The position numbers were made by a program, and so were the translations under genes. Below the pieces are notes generated by a model, which had not been told where the DNA came from, searched no databases, and was given only the letters and a program-made list of their open reading frames with translations. Shown in pieces: positions 47,645-57,893 of a stretch of DNA of 61,912 nucleotides. Source of the DNA: a bacterium (GTDB lineage: Bacteria; Patescibacteriota; Minisyncoccia; Phycocordibacterales; JABMNX01); NCBI GenBank assembly GCA_002687905.1, contig NZBM01000008.1:1-61912 (forward strand), in the 5' to 3' direction. Each line of letters opens with the position of its first letter. Within the stretch, counting starts at the first letter, position 1.

Positions 47645-48562
47645 ATGGTTGCAAAATATAAGCACAAGAACATTACGTGGGTGGATGTTGAATCCCCGAC
47701 TCAAGAAGAGGTGCGCAACTTGATGGAGGAATATAGTATTGACCCGCTTGTTGCAGACGAACTTCTTCTGCCTACGTTAAAACCAAGAGTTGAGGAGCAC
47801 GGAAATCTTATTTATTTAATACTTCACTTCCCTGCCTTCAGACACTCACACCAAGCTTCAATCTCTCAAGAAGTAGATTTTCTGATTGGCAAAAACTTTA
47901 TTATCACTGTTCGTTATGACACTGTGGATCCGCTTCATAAATTCTCAAAAGTATTTGAAGTAAATTCAGTTTTGGACAAGGGAGATATTGGAGAACATGC
48001 AGGTTTTCTTTTTTTCTATATGATACGAAAGCTTTACAAATCTCTTGAGCACGAAATAGAATATATCAATGACGCCCTTGAGTTAATTGAGACTGAGATA
48101 TTTGATGAAGGAAAGTCCAAAGAAATGGTGCGCGCACTCTCAAGTATTGGTCGCGATATATTAAACCTAAAGCAGGCACTCTGGCCACACAGAGATGTTC
48201 TAGATTCTTTTGATGATGCGTCAGCTAGATTTTTTGGAGACGAGTATCACAATCATGCAAAATCAATATTTGGAGAATATTACCGCATACAAAATAGCAT
48301 TCGAGCCCATAGCAATACCTTAAATGAGTTGAGGCAGACTAATGATTCTTTGCTATCAACTAGGCAGAACGAAATAATAAAAACTCTTACTATAATGGCT
48401 TTTATTACCTTTCCTCTCACCCTTATTTCAAGTGTGTTTGGTATGAATACACAATATTTGCCAATAGTGGGGCGAGAGAATGACTTTTGGCTTATAACTG
48501 GTGCTATGCTTGCATTAACCTTCGCATTCTTTATATTCTTTAAGCGAAAGCATTGGTTATAA
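47645..48562 (+). CDS. corA: CorA family Mg2+ transporter
   Basis: two C-terminal TMs with GMN motif; start moved to ATG 47645. Confidence 0.92.
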   Translation: MVAKYKHKNITWVDVESPTQEEVRNLMEEYSIDPLVADELLLPTLKPRVEEHGNLIYLILHFPAFRHSHQASISQEVDFLIGKNFIITVRYDTVDPLHKFSKVFEVNSVLDKGDIGEHAGFLFFYMIRKLYKSLEHEIEYINDALELIETEIFDEGKSKEMVRALSSIGRDILNLKQALWPHRDVLDSFDDASARFFGDEYHNHAKSIFGEYYRIQNSIRAHSNTLNELRQTNDSLLSTRQNEIIKTLTIMAFITFPLTLISSVFGMNTQYLPIVGRENDFWLITGAMLALTFAFFIFFKRKHWL

Positions 48563-48563
48563 G

Positions 48564-50033
48564 ATGGATTTTTTAAACAAGTTATTTGGAGCAAAGAAAC
48601 GGGAGGATATACTCCCGATTTACCTTTTTAACTCTTTAACAAAAGAAAAAGAGAGGTTTATAGAGATACTTCCCGGAAATGTAAAAATTTACACTTGTGG
48701 TCCAACGGTTTATAACTACGTAACAATTGGAAACTACAGGTCATATATATTTTCTGACACCTTAAGAAGGGTCTTTGAATACAACAGCTATTCCGTTAAG
48801 CAGATTATTAATATCACAGACGTAGGGCATCTCACTTCTGACGCTGACACAGGCGAAGATAAGATGATGGTAGGCCTTAAACGAGAGGGCTTAACAATAA
48901 ATCTTAAGGGAATGAAAGCGCTTTCCGACAGATACACCAAAAAGTTTAAAGAAGAGCTCAAAAAGCTAAATGCCCGTGAAGCTCTTGAGTATCCACGAGC
49001 AAGCGAGCATATAAATGAGCAAGTCGCGTTTATAAAAACTCTTGAGGAAAAGGACTATATATACAAACTGAAAGACGGAATATATTTTGATACTTCCCTG
49101 CCTCACGATTACGGACAACTTGGTGGCACTACAAAAGATGAGTCAAAGCAAAAAGCCAGAGTAAAAAGGGTTGCTGGCAAAAAGCAACCTCAAGATTTTG
49201 CGCTTTGGAAATTTAATGAGGAAATCGGTTGGGATAGTCCTTGGGGAAAAGGTATCCCCGGTTGGCATATAGAATGTTCTGCTATGTCTAGCAAATACCT
49301 CGGACGACATTTTGACATACACACAGGCGGAGTAGATCATATTGCGATTCACCATAACAACGAAATCGCACAAAGCGAGGCTGCTACCGGCTCAAAGTTT
49401 GTTAATTACTGGCTACACAATGAATTTATAACAATTGATAAACAAAAAATATCCAAATCTACTGGAAACACTATTTTCATTAGGAATTTGGAGGACAAAG
49501 GATATTCTCCACTAGCTTTAAGATATTGGTTTTTGACAGGACACTATCGCTCTTCAATGAATTTCACCTGGGAAGCCTTAGACGGCGCGCAGACCGCCCT
49601 AACTAAACTACACAAAGCTTTTCTTGACCTAGGCAAAGTAAATGGGCGAATTGATGAGAACTATAGAAAAAGGTTTAGTAAGTTTGTAAATGATGATTTA
49701 AACACTCCAAAAGCGATAGCCCTTATGTGGGAGCTAATGGATGATGAAAGTCTTATCGATAAAGACAAAAGAGTTACCCTTCTTGATTTTAACCGAGTGC
49801 TTGGTATTGGACTTTATGAATCTTACAAGCAAATGAAGGAGATTTTTAATAACGAGATAAAGAAGATAGAGGTAAAAGAAGCTCCAAAGAACATCCAAGA
49901 GCTTATAAATGAACGTGAGGAGGCGCGAAACAAAAAAGACTGGAAAGAAGCTGACAGATTACGCGAGGAAATATATAAAGAGGGCTATAAAGTGAGTGAT
50001 ACAGAGAGTGGACCTGAGATTGAGAAGAGTTGA
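48564..50033 (+). CDS. cysS: cysteine--tRNA ligase
   Basis: [30 protein letters not shown]. Confidence 0.97.
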   Translation: MDFLNKLFGAKKREDILPIYLFNSLTKEKERFIEILPGNVKIYTCGPTVYNYVTIGNYRSYIFSDTLRRVFEYNSYSVKQIINITDVGHLTSDADTGEDKMMVGLKREGLTINLKGMKALSDRYTKKFKEELKKLNAREALEYPRASEHINEQVAFIKTLEEKDYIYKLKDGIYFDTSLPHDYGQLGGTTKDESKQKARVKRVAGKKQPQDFALWKFNEEIGWDSPWGKGIPGWHIECSAMSSKYLGRHFDIHTGGVDHIAIHHNNEIAQSEAATGSKFVNYWLHNEFITIDKQKISKSTGNTIFIRNLEDKGYSPLALRYWFLTGHYRSSMNFTWEALDGAQTALTKLHKAFLDLGKVNGRIDENYRKRFSKFVNDDLNTPKAIALMWELMDDESLIDKDKRVTLLDFNRVLGIGLYESYKQMKEIFNNEIKKIEVKEAPKNIQELINEREEARNKKDWKEADRLREEIYKEGYKVSDTESGPEIEKS

Positions 50034-50088
50034 CCTAATATCTCATAGTGGTACAGTTTGATCCGAACAAAAGTTAGGAGGTATTTCC

Positions 50089-50301
50089 ACGCGTAAACGT
50101 TTTAAGATTCCAGATCTGGAGAGTGACTCTTCGGTTGTATCTAAACTAGGTTGCAGACTGGGCGACGGAGCCGAGCATCCGAGAACTTTTCTGGTAGCAA
50201 GCAACAATCATGTTGTCGGGCGAGTATTCCGAAAGACCTTTGTGGTAACCAGAACGGATATGATCAACCGTGCACACACGTTCACAACTGAAGCCGAGTA
50301 G
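50089..50301 (+). other. orphan transcription unit: 70-codon frame starting at ACG, or a structured RNA
   Basis: TTGACC-16-TACAGT promoter, AGGAGGT 6 nt before ACG, TAGTAG stop, terminator 50305-50337. Confidence 0.35.
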
Positions 50302-50421
50302 TAGAGGCCCCAAAAATGAGTTAATCATTCGGGGCCTTCTTGTTTATATCCCCACAAAGTCCACCTATACACAATAAGAGAGCTTATATAGTCAAGCGAG
50401 TGCTGTGATAATATTTCTTTA

Positions 50422-51801
50422 ATGGCTAATAATTTACGCGTACCTCCTCAAAGTATTGATGCTGAAAAAGCTCTTCTTGGTTCTATTATGCTAAAACCTC
50501 AAGCACTGAATGACGTTATAGACATCATCTCAAGCGATTCATTTTATGCAGAAAAACATCGTATTATATTTTCCTCAATGATTGATCTGTTTGATAAGGG
50601 CGAGCCAATTGATGTTCTCTCACTCTCCACAAAACTTAAAGAGAAAAAACAAGTTGAGCAAATTGGAGGCTCTGGATATCTTAACGACCTTGTGAATACC
50701 GTGCCCTCTGCCGCAAACATTAAACACTACGCAGAAATTGTTCAGAAGAAGCATATGATGCGAAGCCTTATAGGAGTTTCAGATTTAATATCTGACTTAG
50801 GATATCAAGAAGACCAAGATATAGAACAGCTTTTAGATTCAGCACAAAGCCACGTATTTAAGATCACAAACTCCCCTACTCTCCAGAAATTTGTGGCACT
50901 CAAAGACGCCCTTGGTGAGGCTTGGGAAAGATTAGACAATCTTCATAACTCAAAAGAAGGTATGCGAGGAGTATCCACTGGCTACCGAGATTTAGACAAC
51001 CTACTTGCAGGGCTTCAGAAATCAGACTTGGTAATTCTTGCGGCGCGTCCTTCTATGGGAAAGACCGCGCTTGCTCTTGATATCGCAAGGCAAACCGCGG
51101 TAGAGCATGGCACTCCTGTTGGAATATTTTCACTTGAAATGAGCGCACAACAACTAGTTGATAGGATGCTTGCCGCACAATCGCACGTAAACGCATGGAA
51201 ACTCCGTACTGGAAAGCTTTCAGCAGATGAAGAGTTTGAACGCATTCGTCACGCCCTTGATTCCCTATCACATGCTCCAATATATATTGATGACAAGCCG
51301 GCAAATAATGTCCTGCAGATGCGCTCGGTTGCAAGGCGCCTTAAGAGCGAAAAAGGTCTTGGACTAATAATAGTTGATTATCTTCAGTTAATGGCACCAA
51401 CCACAGCTAAAAGTAATGAATCTCTTGTTCAGCAAGTAACAGAAATCTCCCGCTCACTTAAAGCAATGGCGCGTGAACTTGATGTACCTGTTCTGGCTCT
51501 CTCACAGCTATCACGTGCGGTTGAACAACGTCGTGGTCGTCCACGACTCTCTGACCTGCGTGACTCTGGTTCAATTGAGCAAGATGCGGACGTTGTTATG
51601 TTTATACATCGTGACGACAAAATGAATGAGCTTTCAGACAGGCCAAATATTGCAGAGATTTTAATTGAAAAGCATAGAAATGGCCCAACTGGAAAGATTG
51701 AACTTTATTTTGATGACCAAAAAGCCACCTTCCTTTCCGTTGATAAAAGCGATGTAAAAGATTTCGAGAATGTCACAGAAGCTAGCGTAGAGGAAGGATA
51801 A
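50422..51801 (+). CDS. dnaB: replicative DNA helicase
   Basis: AARPSMGKT, FSLEM, VDYLQL, SQLSR, DLRDSGSIEQDAD. Confidence 0.98.
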   Translation: MANNLRVPPQSIDAEKALLGSIMLKPQALNDVIDIISSDSFYAEKHRIIFSSMIDLFDKGEPIDVLSLSTKLKEKKQVEQIGGSGYLNDLVNTVPSAANIKHYAEIVQKKHMMRSLIGVSDLISDLGYQEDQDIEQLLDSAQSHVFKITNSPTLQKFVALKDALGEAWERLDNLHNSKEGMRGVSTGYRDLDNLLAGLQKSDLVILAARPSMGKTALALDIARQTAVEHGTPVGIFSLEMSAQQLVDRMLAAQSHVNAWKLRTGKLSADEEFERIRHALDSLSHAPIYIDDKPANNVLQMRSVARRLKSEKGLGLIIVDYLQLMAPTTAKSNESLVQQVTEISRSLKAMARELDVPVLALSQLSRAVEQRRGRPRLSDLRDSGSIEQDADVVMFIHRDDKMNELSDRPNIAEILIEKHRNGPTGKIELYFDDQKATFLSVDKSDVKDFENVTEASVEEG

Positions 51802-52412
51802 TGAGCTCCCTTGATAGACTTACAGAGCTTTTCGGAAAACTCCCTGGCATCGGTCCGCGTCAAGCTCGACGTTTTGTATTTTACCTTTTAGCCACACCTG
51901 AGGGATTTAGACGTGAGTTGGCAGATGCAATTACAGGCCTAAGGAGTGATACAAGAAGATGTTCCCTATGTTTTCGCTTTCATAGCGCTATAGATAGAAA
52001 TACGGATATATGTAATACCTGCTCTAATGAGAGCCGTGATAGTTCGCAACTTATGATAGTCGCCAAAGACGTTGATTTTGAAAATGTAGAGCGAAGTGGA
52101 CTTTATAAAGGATATTATTTTGTTCTTGGTGGAACTGTGCCAATACTTTCAAGCGAAACTCCTCGCTACGTTAGAGAAAAGGATCTAATTAAAACTGTTG
52201 ATGGTAGAAAAAAGATGGGTCTAACCGAAATAATACTTGCCCTCCCTGCAAACCCAGATGGTGATAATACGGAGAAATTTGTAAAAAACCTTTTGACTTC
52301 AGAAGAGAATAAATTAAAAATCTCGGCTCTTGGCCGAGGTCTTTCTACGGGATCTGAGCTTGAGTACGTAGATTCAGATACTATACGGAATGCCTTAGCT
52401 AATAGAGGCTAA
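51801..52412 (+). CDS. recR: recombination mediator RecR
   Basis: LPGIGPRQA HhH, C4 zinc motif, Toprim domain, GSELEYVD. Confidence 0.93.
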   Translation: MSSLDRLTELFGKLPGIGPRQARRFVFYLLATPEGFRRELADAITGLRSDTRRCSLCFRFHSAIDRNTDICNTCSNESRDSSQLMIVAKDVDFENVERSGLYKGYYFVLGGTVPILSSETPRYVREKDLIKTVDGRKKMGLTEIILALPANPDGDNTEKFVKNLLTSEENKLKISALGRGLSTGSELEYVDSDTIRNALANRG

Positions 52413-52838
52413 TTACTTTAGTGCTTCAATCTTTACCTTCATAAAAGGCTGCCTGTGTCCGCGTTTCTTGAAATAACGACTTTTTGATTTAAATTTAATT
52501 ACATCAATTTTTTTTGCTTTCCCCTCCTCTAAAAGTGAGCCCTTAACCTTTGCTCCTTTTATATATGGGTCGCCAACGGTGGTGGAATTCTTTCCATCAT
52601 CAACAAGAAGGACCTTATCGAAGGTAACTTTAGCACCCTCTTTCATATCTCCTGTAAGTTTCTCTATTGTTAGGATATCTCCAACCGAAGCCACGTACTG
52701 CTTCCCGCCTGTCTCTATAACAGCAAATTCCCCAGACTCCTTTTTTGGAGCAGCTTTCTTTACTGCAGCCTTCTTAGCCTTTACAGGCGATTTTTTGGCG
52801 GCACTCTTAACTGTTTTTGCTTCGGGCATAACCTCCAT
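52413..52838 (-). CDS. rplU: 50S ribosomal protein L21
   Basis: AVIETGGKQY, GHRQ. Confidence 0.96.
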   Translation of the reverse strand: MEVMPEAKTVKSAAKKSPVKAKKAAVKKAAPKKESGEFAVIETGGKQYVASVGDILTIEKLTGDMKEGAKVTFDKVLLVDDGKNSTTVGDPYIKGAKVKGSLLEEGKAKKIDVIKFKSKSRYFKKRGHRQPFMKVKIEALK

Positions 52839-52887
52839 ATCTTACCTATAAAGCAAAAATATGCAAGTCAGAGCGTGGCTCTATAGA

Positions 52888-52925
52888 GCCAAAATTTGCG
52901 ACCCAACCGGTTGGATCGCAAAATT
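52888..52925. repeat. REP-like palindrome family B
   Basis: GCCAAAATTTGCGACCCAACCGGTTGGATCGCAAAATT. Confidence 0.8.
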
Positions 52926-53173
52926 ATTTGACTTTGATTATATTTATGATATTATGTAGACAGTTTTAAGAGTGACATCACAAAACCCTCCGCACTACTT
53001 CCCATAAAAGATACCTCTCACGACCTGCTAGCAAGGTCGTAAAAGGCCGCAACCGTTGAGGTACCGTAAGGAACCCAAGCTACTTGTATTCGCTAAGCAG
53101 TCGCCTATTTGGTGATAAAGTTTATGAGTCTTGGTGGCCGACGATGGCTCGCGGATTCTGCGCGATCACTAGG

Positions 53174-53200
53174 CCTCGCTTCGGCGAGGCGGTATTTTTT
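53174..53200. terminator. terminator with C(UUCG)G loop
   Basis: GCCTCGC-TTCG-GCGAGGC followed by a T-run. Confidence 0.7.
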
Positions 53201-54251
53201 ATTCCCCCCTATCAGGTTTATCTAAAACCAGCGGATCAAGATTTGCTGACTCGCCGGTAATTCGCAAAACGTCTTTGTCCATTTTGCCGAGCTCTTTATA
53301 CCCTGTGTTATAGTGGTTCACAGTCGTAGCTAATGAGTTTCCAAGTTTTTTATAATATTCTTCGTAGTTATTTACATGTCTGCCAAGCTCACCCACTCTT
53401 TTCATTATCTCCTGTGCCTGCTTCTCTATTTCAAGCGACTTAAGACCCTGAAGCACGGTTTGAAGATATGCCATAAATGACGTTGGCGATACTATAATCA
53501 CTTTCTTTTGCTGAAACGCATACTCAATTAAATCGCGAGCTGAAGTCTGTACAGCGCCCACTTTATTTACCAAAAGGTCATAATAGACTCCCTCTGAAGG
53601 AATAAACATAAAGGCAAATTCCATTGTGTTTTCATTTGGGCGAATATATTTAGCGGTCTCATCAATTCTGTTTTTAAGATCTTGTTTAAATACTTTCTCA
53701 AGCCGCTTTCTTTCTTCCTTGTCACGAGACTCCAAAATACGATTGTAATTCTCTAACGAAAACTTAGAGTCAACTGGCAAAATCTTATCGCTCTCAAGGA
53801 AAACAACAGCATCCACTATTTCTCCATCCTCAAATTTATATTGCATAGCAAAGCGTCCCGGAGGAAGAACATTCTTTAGCACTGTCTCGAGGTAATACTC
53901 GCCGAGTACGCCACGTTGCTTTGGATTCTGAAGTATGTCTTGGAGATGCTGTAGCTGGTCTGCAAAAGATACAACTTGTTTATTTGTCTCGTCGAGGCGA
54001 GCCAAGCGCTCTGTAACATCGCGAACTATTTTGTCCGACGAGCCAAGTTGCGCTTTTACAGAATCATGAATCTGCTTCGTACTCTCCCCTATCTTTTGGT
54101 TCATCGTTCCGCGAAGCTCTTGTAATTCTTTTTGAAGCATTAAGACTCCTTCAGTTCCATCGCTTTTAGAACCTCTTTTAAATAAAGCAAAAAGCGCTAC
54201 GGCATTAACCAAAAAGGCTATAGCCACCAAAACTATGAGAATATCTGACAT
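53199..54251 (-). CDS. rmuC: DNA recombination protein RmuC
   Basis: KQRGVLGE, VDSKF, KYI, FMFIPSE, IVSPT. Confidence 0.93.
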   Translation of the reverse strand: MSDILIVLVAIAFLVNAVALFALFKRGSKSDGTEGVLMLQKELQELRGTMNQKIGESTKQIHDSVKAQLGSSDKIVRDVTERLARLDETNKQVVSFADQLQHLQDILQNPKQRGVLGEYYLETVLKNVLPPGRFAMQYKFEDGEIVDAVVFLESDKILPVDSKFSLENYNRILESRDKEERKRLEKVFKQDLKNRIDETAKYIRPNENTMEFAFMFIPSEGVYYDLLVNKVGAVQTSARDLIEYAFQQKKVIIVSPTSFMAYLQTVLQGLKSLEIEKQAQEIMKRVGELGRHVNNYEEYYKKLGNSLATTVNHYNTGYKELGKMDKDVLRITGESANLDPLVLDKPDRGE

Positions 54252-54263
54252 TTAGTCATTTTA

Positions 54264-56921
54264 TCATTTGCTGGAGTGCCTCCCAAATATGAAATATTTA
54301 ACGATCTCAATGGCAAGCAGATTTAAAATTCCTATAATCGCAAGGAAAAGAATCTCTCCAAAAGTAAGTGTTGTGATAGAAAGGAGTGCTTGAAGCGGTG
54401 GTAAGGTAAGCGCTGCAAGAAGGAAAAGCGAGCTAAGCCCAAGCGATAGTAGTAGGTAGCGGTTTGAAAAAAGATCTATTTTCCATATAGGTTTGCGAAG
54501 GTTTTTAAATGAAAGTGCAAAGAAAATAGAGTCAAGAGAAAGTGCGGCAAACATAAGTGTTCGTACCTCTTCAATCGGCAGATCGAGTTGTAGAAGCAAG
54601 AAATAAAGTGCAAGCAAGATTATACTTGTGATAATACTTATAATAAAAATTATCTTCTTAATCTCGCTTGTAAGAATTTCTTTTGTTCTGTTACTTCGTG
54701 GATCCCTTTCCATCACATCGCCTGCCCTCGGCTCAAATGCAAAAGCAAAGCTCATAAAGCCTTCCTCTACTATGTTTGCCCAAAGAATTTGTGTCGGTAA
54801 AAGAGGAAGAGGAGCAGAAGCCGCAAGCGCTCCTCCAATCACCAATACCTCACTAAAACTAGTTGAAAGAAGGTAGGCTATTATTTTTTTCAGATTATCA
54901 ATAATGCGACGCCCCTCCGCTATTGCCTCTGTGATAATAGAAAAGCTGTTATCAAGAAGGACTAGATCAGAAGCTTCTTTTGCAACCTCTGTAGCGCTTC
55001 CCACAGCAACTCCGATGTCCGCACTTCTTAAAGCCGGCGCGTCGTTTACTCCGTCCCCTGTCATGGCGACCACCTCTCCCGCGCCTCGAAGAGTCTGAAC
55101 TATGCGAAGCTTTTGTTCCGGAAGCACACGAGAGAAAATACTTACCCTATCAAGTTCTTCAAGAAGCTCTTCATTAGACAATTCATCTATATCAACACCT
55201 CGTAAGACTTCCGCATTCTCATCAGCGATCCCAACTGAAATTGCAATATTTTTGGCGGTTTGAGGGTTATCTCCCGTAACCATAATCACGTGCGCGCCGG
55301 CACTTTTCGCTATTTCAATTGATTTGGGCACATCGGCGCGCACTGGGTCTATAAAAGAGATGAGACCAACAAATGTAAGCCTCTCTGTTACGGTTTTATG
55401 CTCGTCAAAAGATTCAGGGAGAGAATCGTCTTTTATTTTTTTTGTAGCAACTGCAATAAAGCGAAGTCCATCTGCGCTTAGCTTATTTTGTGTATCAAGA
55501 AATTTTTTACGTTCACTCTCTGTAATAGCTTTTGAATGGCCGTCAACGTAGACATATTGAGACTTCCTTAAAAGTGCTTCGGGAGCACCGCTAAAATAAA
55601 GTGTGTTCTCTGATTCTCCTTTGCAATTGTTAAGAGATACTGCAAAGCGTCTTTTTGATTCAAATTGAAGAAGATCCATCCTGGAGCAGCTTTCATCTAT
55701 ACCGTGCTCAGTAAGTCCAGCCTCGATCCCTGCTGTAATTATCGCTTTCTCGATCGGCCTTCCGTGGATATTAATTTTCCCCGTATCATCTCTCGCCCCC
55801 CCAACAAATGCGTCAGATGAGCGTACAGCCATACGAAGAAGCTCTGCATTATCGTTTCTTGCTTCATTTACTTTTCTTCCCATTCCCCAAAGAGTATGCA
55901 GACCATGAAGCTTCATTTTAGCTTCAGTCAGAGTGCCGGTTTTATCTGTAAGAATTGTGGTAGTAGAACCCAAAGTCTCCGCCGCTAAAAGATTTCTCAC
56001 TAAGCCACCTTTTTTTAGTATTGCCTCCATCCCAAGAGCTAGCACGATAGTTACCGCAGCAGGAAGACCTTCAGGCGTTGATGCAACAGCTATTGCAATC
56101 GCAACCAATATCATTTCCCCCATTGCCTCACCACGAAGAAGCCCGATGAGTACAATGCCGATTACAGCCACTCCGATTAAATAAAGTAAGAATCTGGCAA
56201 TTGAGCGAACATTTTGCTGAAGCGGGGTATTTCTTTCAACGTGCTGGTGAAGATGGCGTGCGATTTTGCCAACTTCTGTTTTCATTCCTGTCTCAACTAC
56301 AACCCCTCGCCCAAAACCATTCACTACTAAAGTTCCCATCCACGCCATATTCATTCTTTCTGCAAGAGGTGTACCTGTTTTTTCTATGGCATCTATATCC
56401 TTACTAACTGCAACCCACTCTCCAGTAAAAGCCGCTTCGTTTACTGATAGATTTTTCTCCTTAACTAGTCGTACATCAGCTGGGACATAAGCTCCCCCGG
56501 TTAGCTCTACAATATCGCCCGGCACAAGTTCTTTAGAAAGAATTACTCTTCTTTTTCCATCTCGTATTACGGTTGCGTGTTTTTCTTGCGAGCCGCTTAG
56601 TGCTTCAAATGCCTTTGAAGCGCGACCTTCTTGAAAAGTGCCTATTGATACATTTATTAATATAGCTATGAATATAACTGTCGCATCCAAGTACTCACGA
56701 AGAAAAATTGTGGCAATACCAGCCACAAGAAGTATTAACACAAGTGGGCTTTTAAATTGCTTTAAGAAATTTTTAAATACTCCAAGTCTTTCTTTTGAAA
56801 CTAATTCATTTTTCCCATGGAAAATGAGCCTTTCTTTGGCAATTTCCTCAGCCAGACCTCTTTTTATATCGGTATTTAGATTTGTGGCTACTGCTTTTGC
56901 CTCATTATTTTCCCATTCCAT
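54264..56921 (-). CDS. P-type cation-transporting ATPase (type II, Ca2+-like)
   Basis: PEGL, DKTGTLT, TGDN, GDGVNDAP. Confidence 0.95.
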   Translation of the reverse strand: MEWENNEAKAVATNLNTDIKRGLAEEIAKERLIFHGKNELVSKERLGVFKNFLKQFKSPLVLILLVAGIATIFLREYLDATVIFIAILINVSIGTFQEGRASKAFEALSGSQEKHATVIRDGKRRVILSKELVPGDIVELTGGAYVPADVRLVKEKNLSVNEAAFTGEWVAVSKDIDAIEKTGTPLAERMNMAWMGTLVVNGFGRGVVVETGMKTEVGKIARHLHQHVERNTPLQQNVRSIARFLLYLIGVAVIGIVLIGLLRGEAMGEMILVAIAIAVASTPEGLPAAVTIVLALGMEAILKKGGLVRNLLAAETLGSTTTILTDKTGTLTEAKMKLHGLHTLWGMGRKVNEARNDNAELLRMAVRSSDAFVGGARDDTGKINIHGRPIEKAIITAGIEAGLTEHGIDESCSRMDLLQFESKRRFAVSLNNCKGESENTLYFSGAPEALLRKSQYVYVDGHSKAITESERKKFLDTQNKLSADGLRFIAVATKKIKDDSLPESFDEHKTVTERLTFVGLISFIDPVRADVPKSIEIAKSAGAHVIMVTGDNPQTAKNIAISVGIADENAEVLRGVDIDELSNEELLEELDRVSIFSRVLPEQKLRIVQTLRGAGEVVAMTGDGVNDAPALRSADIGVAVGSATEVAKEASDLVLLDNSFSIITEAIAEGRRIIDNLKKIIAYLLSTSFSEVLVIGGALAASAPLPLLPTQILWANIVEEGFMSFAFAFEPRAGDVMERDPRSNRTKEILTSEIKKIIFIISIITSIILLALYFLLLQLDLPIEEVRTLMFAALSLDSIFFALSFKNLRKPIWKIDLFSNRYLLLSLGLSSLFLLAALTLPPLQALLSITTLTFGEILFLAIIGILNLLAIEIVKYFIFGRHSSK

Positions 56922-56972
56922 CTGGACAGTATAGCAGTTGCACTGACCCCAGTGACTGCTACAATTCCCACA

Positions 56973-57425
56973 ATGTTACAAAACCAAATTAAAGAAGAAA
57001 TGCGAGACGCGATGAAAGCGCGTCATGAGGTTAAGCTAAGAGTTCTCCGTGGCATTATGGCCGCTTTTACTAATGAGCTTGTAGCCAAAAAAAGAAAGCC
57101 CGACGAAGAGCTTTCTGACGACGAAGCTCTCTTGGTAATAAAGAGAGCTGCAAAGCAGAGACAGGATTCTATTGAACAATTTAATAAAGGAGGGCGAACG
57201 GATTTAGCCGAGACCGAAGAAGAGGAGCTTAAAGTTCTTGAAGGATATATGCCAGAGATGATGGGCGAAGACGAAATAAGAAAAGTAGCTGAAGCCAAAA
57301 AAACAGAGCTTGGAGTAGATGACAAAGCTAAAATGGGAATGCTAATGGGTGCAGTTATGTCTGAACTAAAAGGCAAGGCGGATGGAAATTCTGTGAAAGC
57401 AGTAATCGAGTCAATGTTTATATGA
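56973..57425 (+). CDS. GatB/YqeY domain protein
   Basis: AMKA..LR, KQRQDSIEQF..GGR.DL, MG..M..LKGKADG. Confidence 0.93.
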   Translation: MLQNQIKEEMRDAMKARHEVKLRVLRGIMAAFTNELVAKKRKPDEELSDDEALLVIKRAAKQRQDSIEQFNKGGRTDLAETEEEELKVLEGYMPEMMGEDEIRKVAEAKKTELGVDDKAKMGMLMGAVMSELKGKADGNSVKAVIESMFI

Positions 57426-57464
57426 CCACTTCTTGCCCCATTAGAAGCGAGGCTTTCTAATGGG

Positions 57465-57530
57465 ATGAAAGAGCTTTCTGGAAAGGCCGACGGAGGTGAC
57501 GTAAAAAAAGTGGTAGAGCCACTTTTTTAA
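57465..57530 (+). pseudogene. diverged duplicate of the yqeY 3' end
   Basis: MKELSGKADGGDVKKVVEPLF versus MSELKGKADGNSVKAVIESMFI. Confidence 0.7.
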
Positions 57531-57551
57531 GTCCAAAACATTAATATATAA

Positions 57552-57590
57552 GCCAAAATTTGCGACCCAACCGGCTGGGTCGCAAATTTT
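57552..57590. repeat. REP-like palindrome family B
   Basis: AAAATTTGCGACCCA-ACCGGC-TGGGTCGCAAATTTT. Confidence 0.85.
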
Positions 57591-57592
57591 CA

Positions 57593-57621
57593 TTGACAAA
57601 ATACCATTTTCTTGCTATAAA
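57593..57621 (+). promoter_or_regulatory. near-consensus sigma-70 promoter
   Basis: TTGACA-17-TATAAA with extended -10 TG. Confidence 0.75.
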
Positions 57622-57647
57622 TTAACCAGCAAAACGGAGGTACCTGA

Positions 57648-57893
57648 ATGGATAGGGTATTGGAAGCTGATGCTTCCAGAGTCACCATACAGCCAGATGG
57701 CTTCTGTGGCAGTATAACGTTCGTGTGCAAAGCTCCAGGCGATGAACTTCCCAACTGGGACAACGTCAACTGGTCAGCGCGCGATGATGGTCTCAACCTT
57801 AGCAAAGGGCAGTGGCAACGAATAAAGCGAAAAGCTGTTGCAGTGTTTCGCGACAAGCGAGGCTTCCGAAGACATAGCCGTCGACCCTTATGA
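57648..57893 (+). CDS. orphan small protein
   Basis: promoter, GGAGGT SD, ATG, downstream terminator at about 57965-57989. Confidence 0.65.
   Translation: MDRVLEADASRVTIQPDGFCGSITFVCKAPGDELPNWDNVNWSARDDGLNLSKGQWQRIKRKAVAVFRDKRGFRRHSRRPL

Noticed and set aside
50060..50340. raiA-motif RNA, tmRNA or RNase P RNA
   Set aside because: Only short word matches (GGTAGC, GGCGAGT, AAAGACC). There are no tRNA-like ends and no RNase P GGAAAGTCC core, so no call is possible without an Infernal search.
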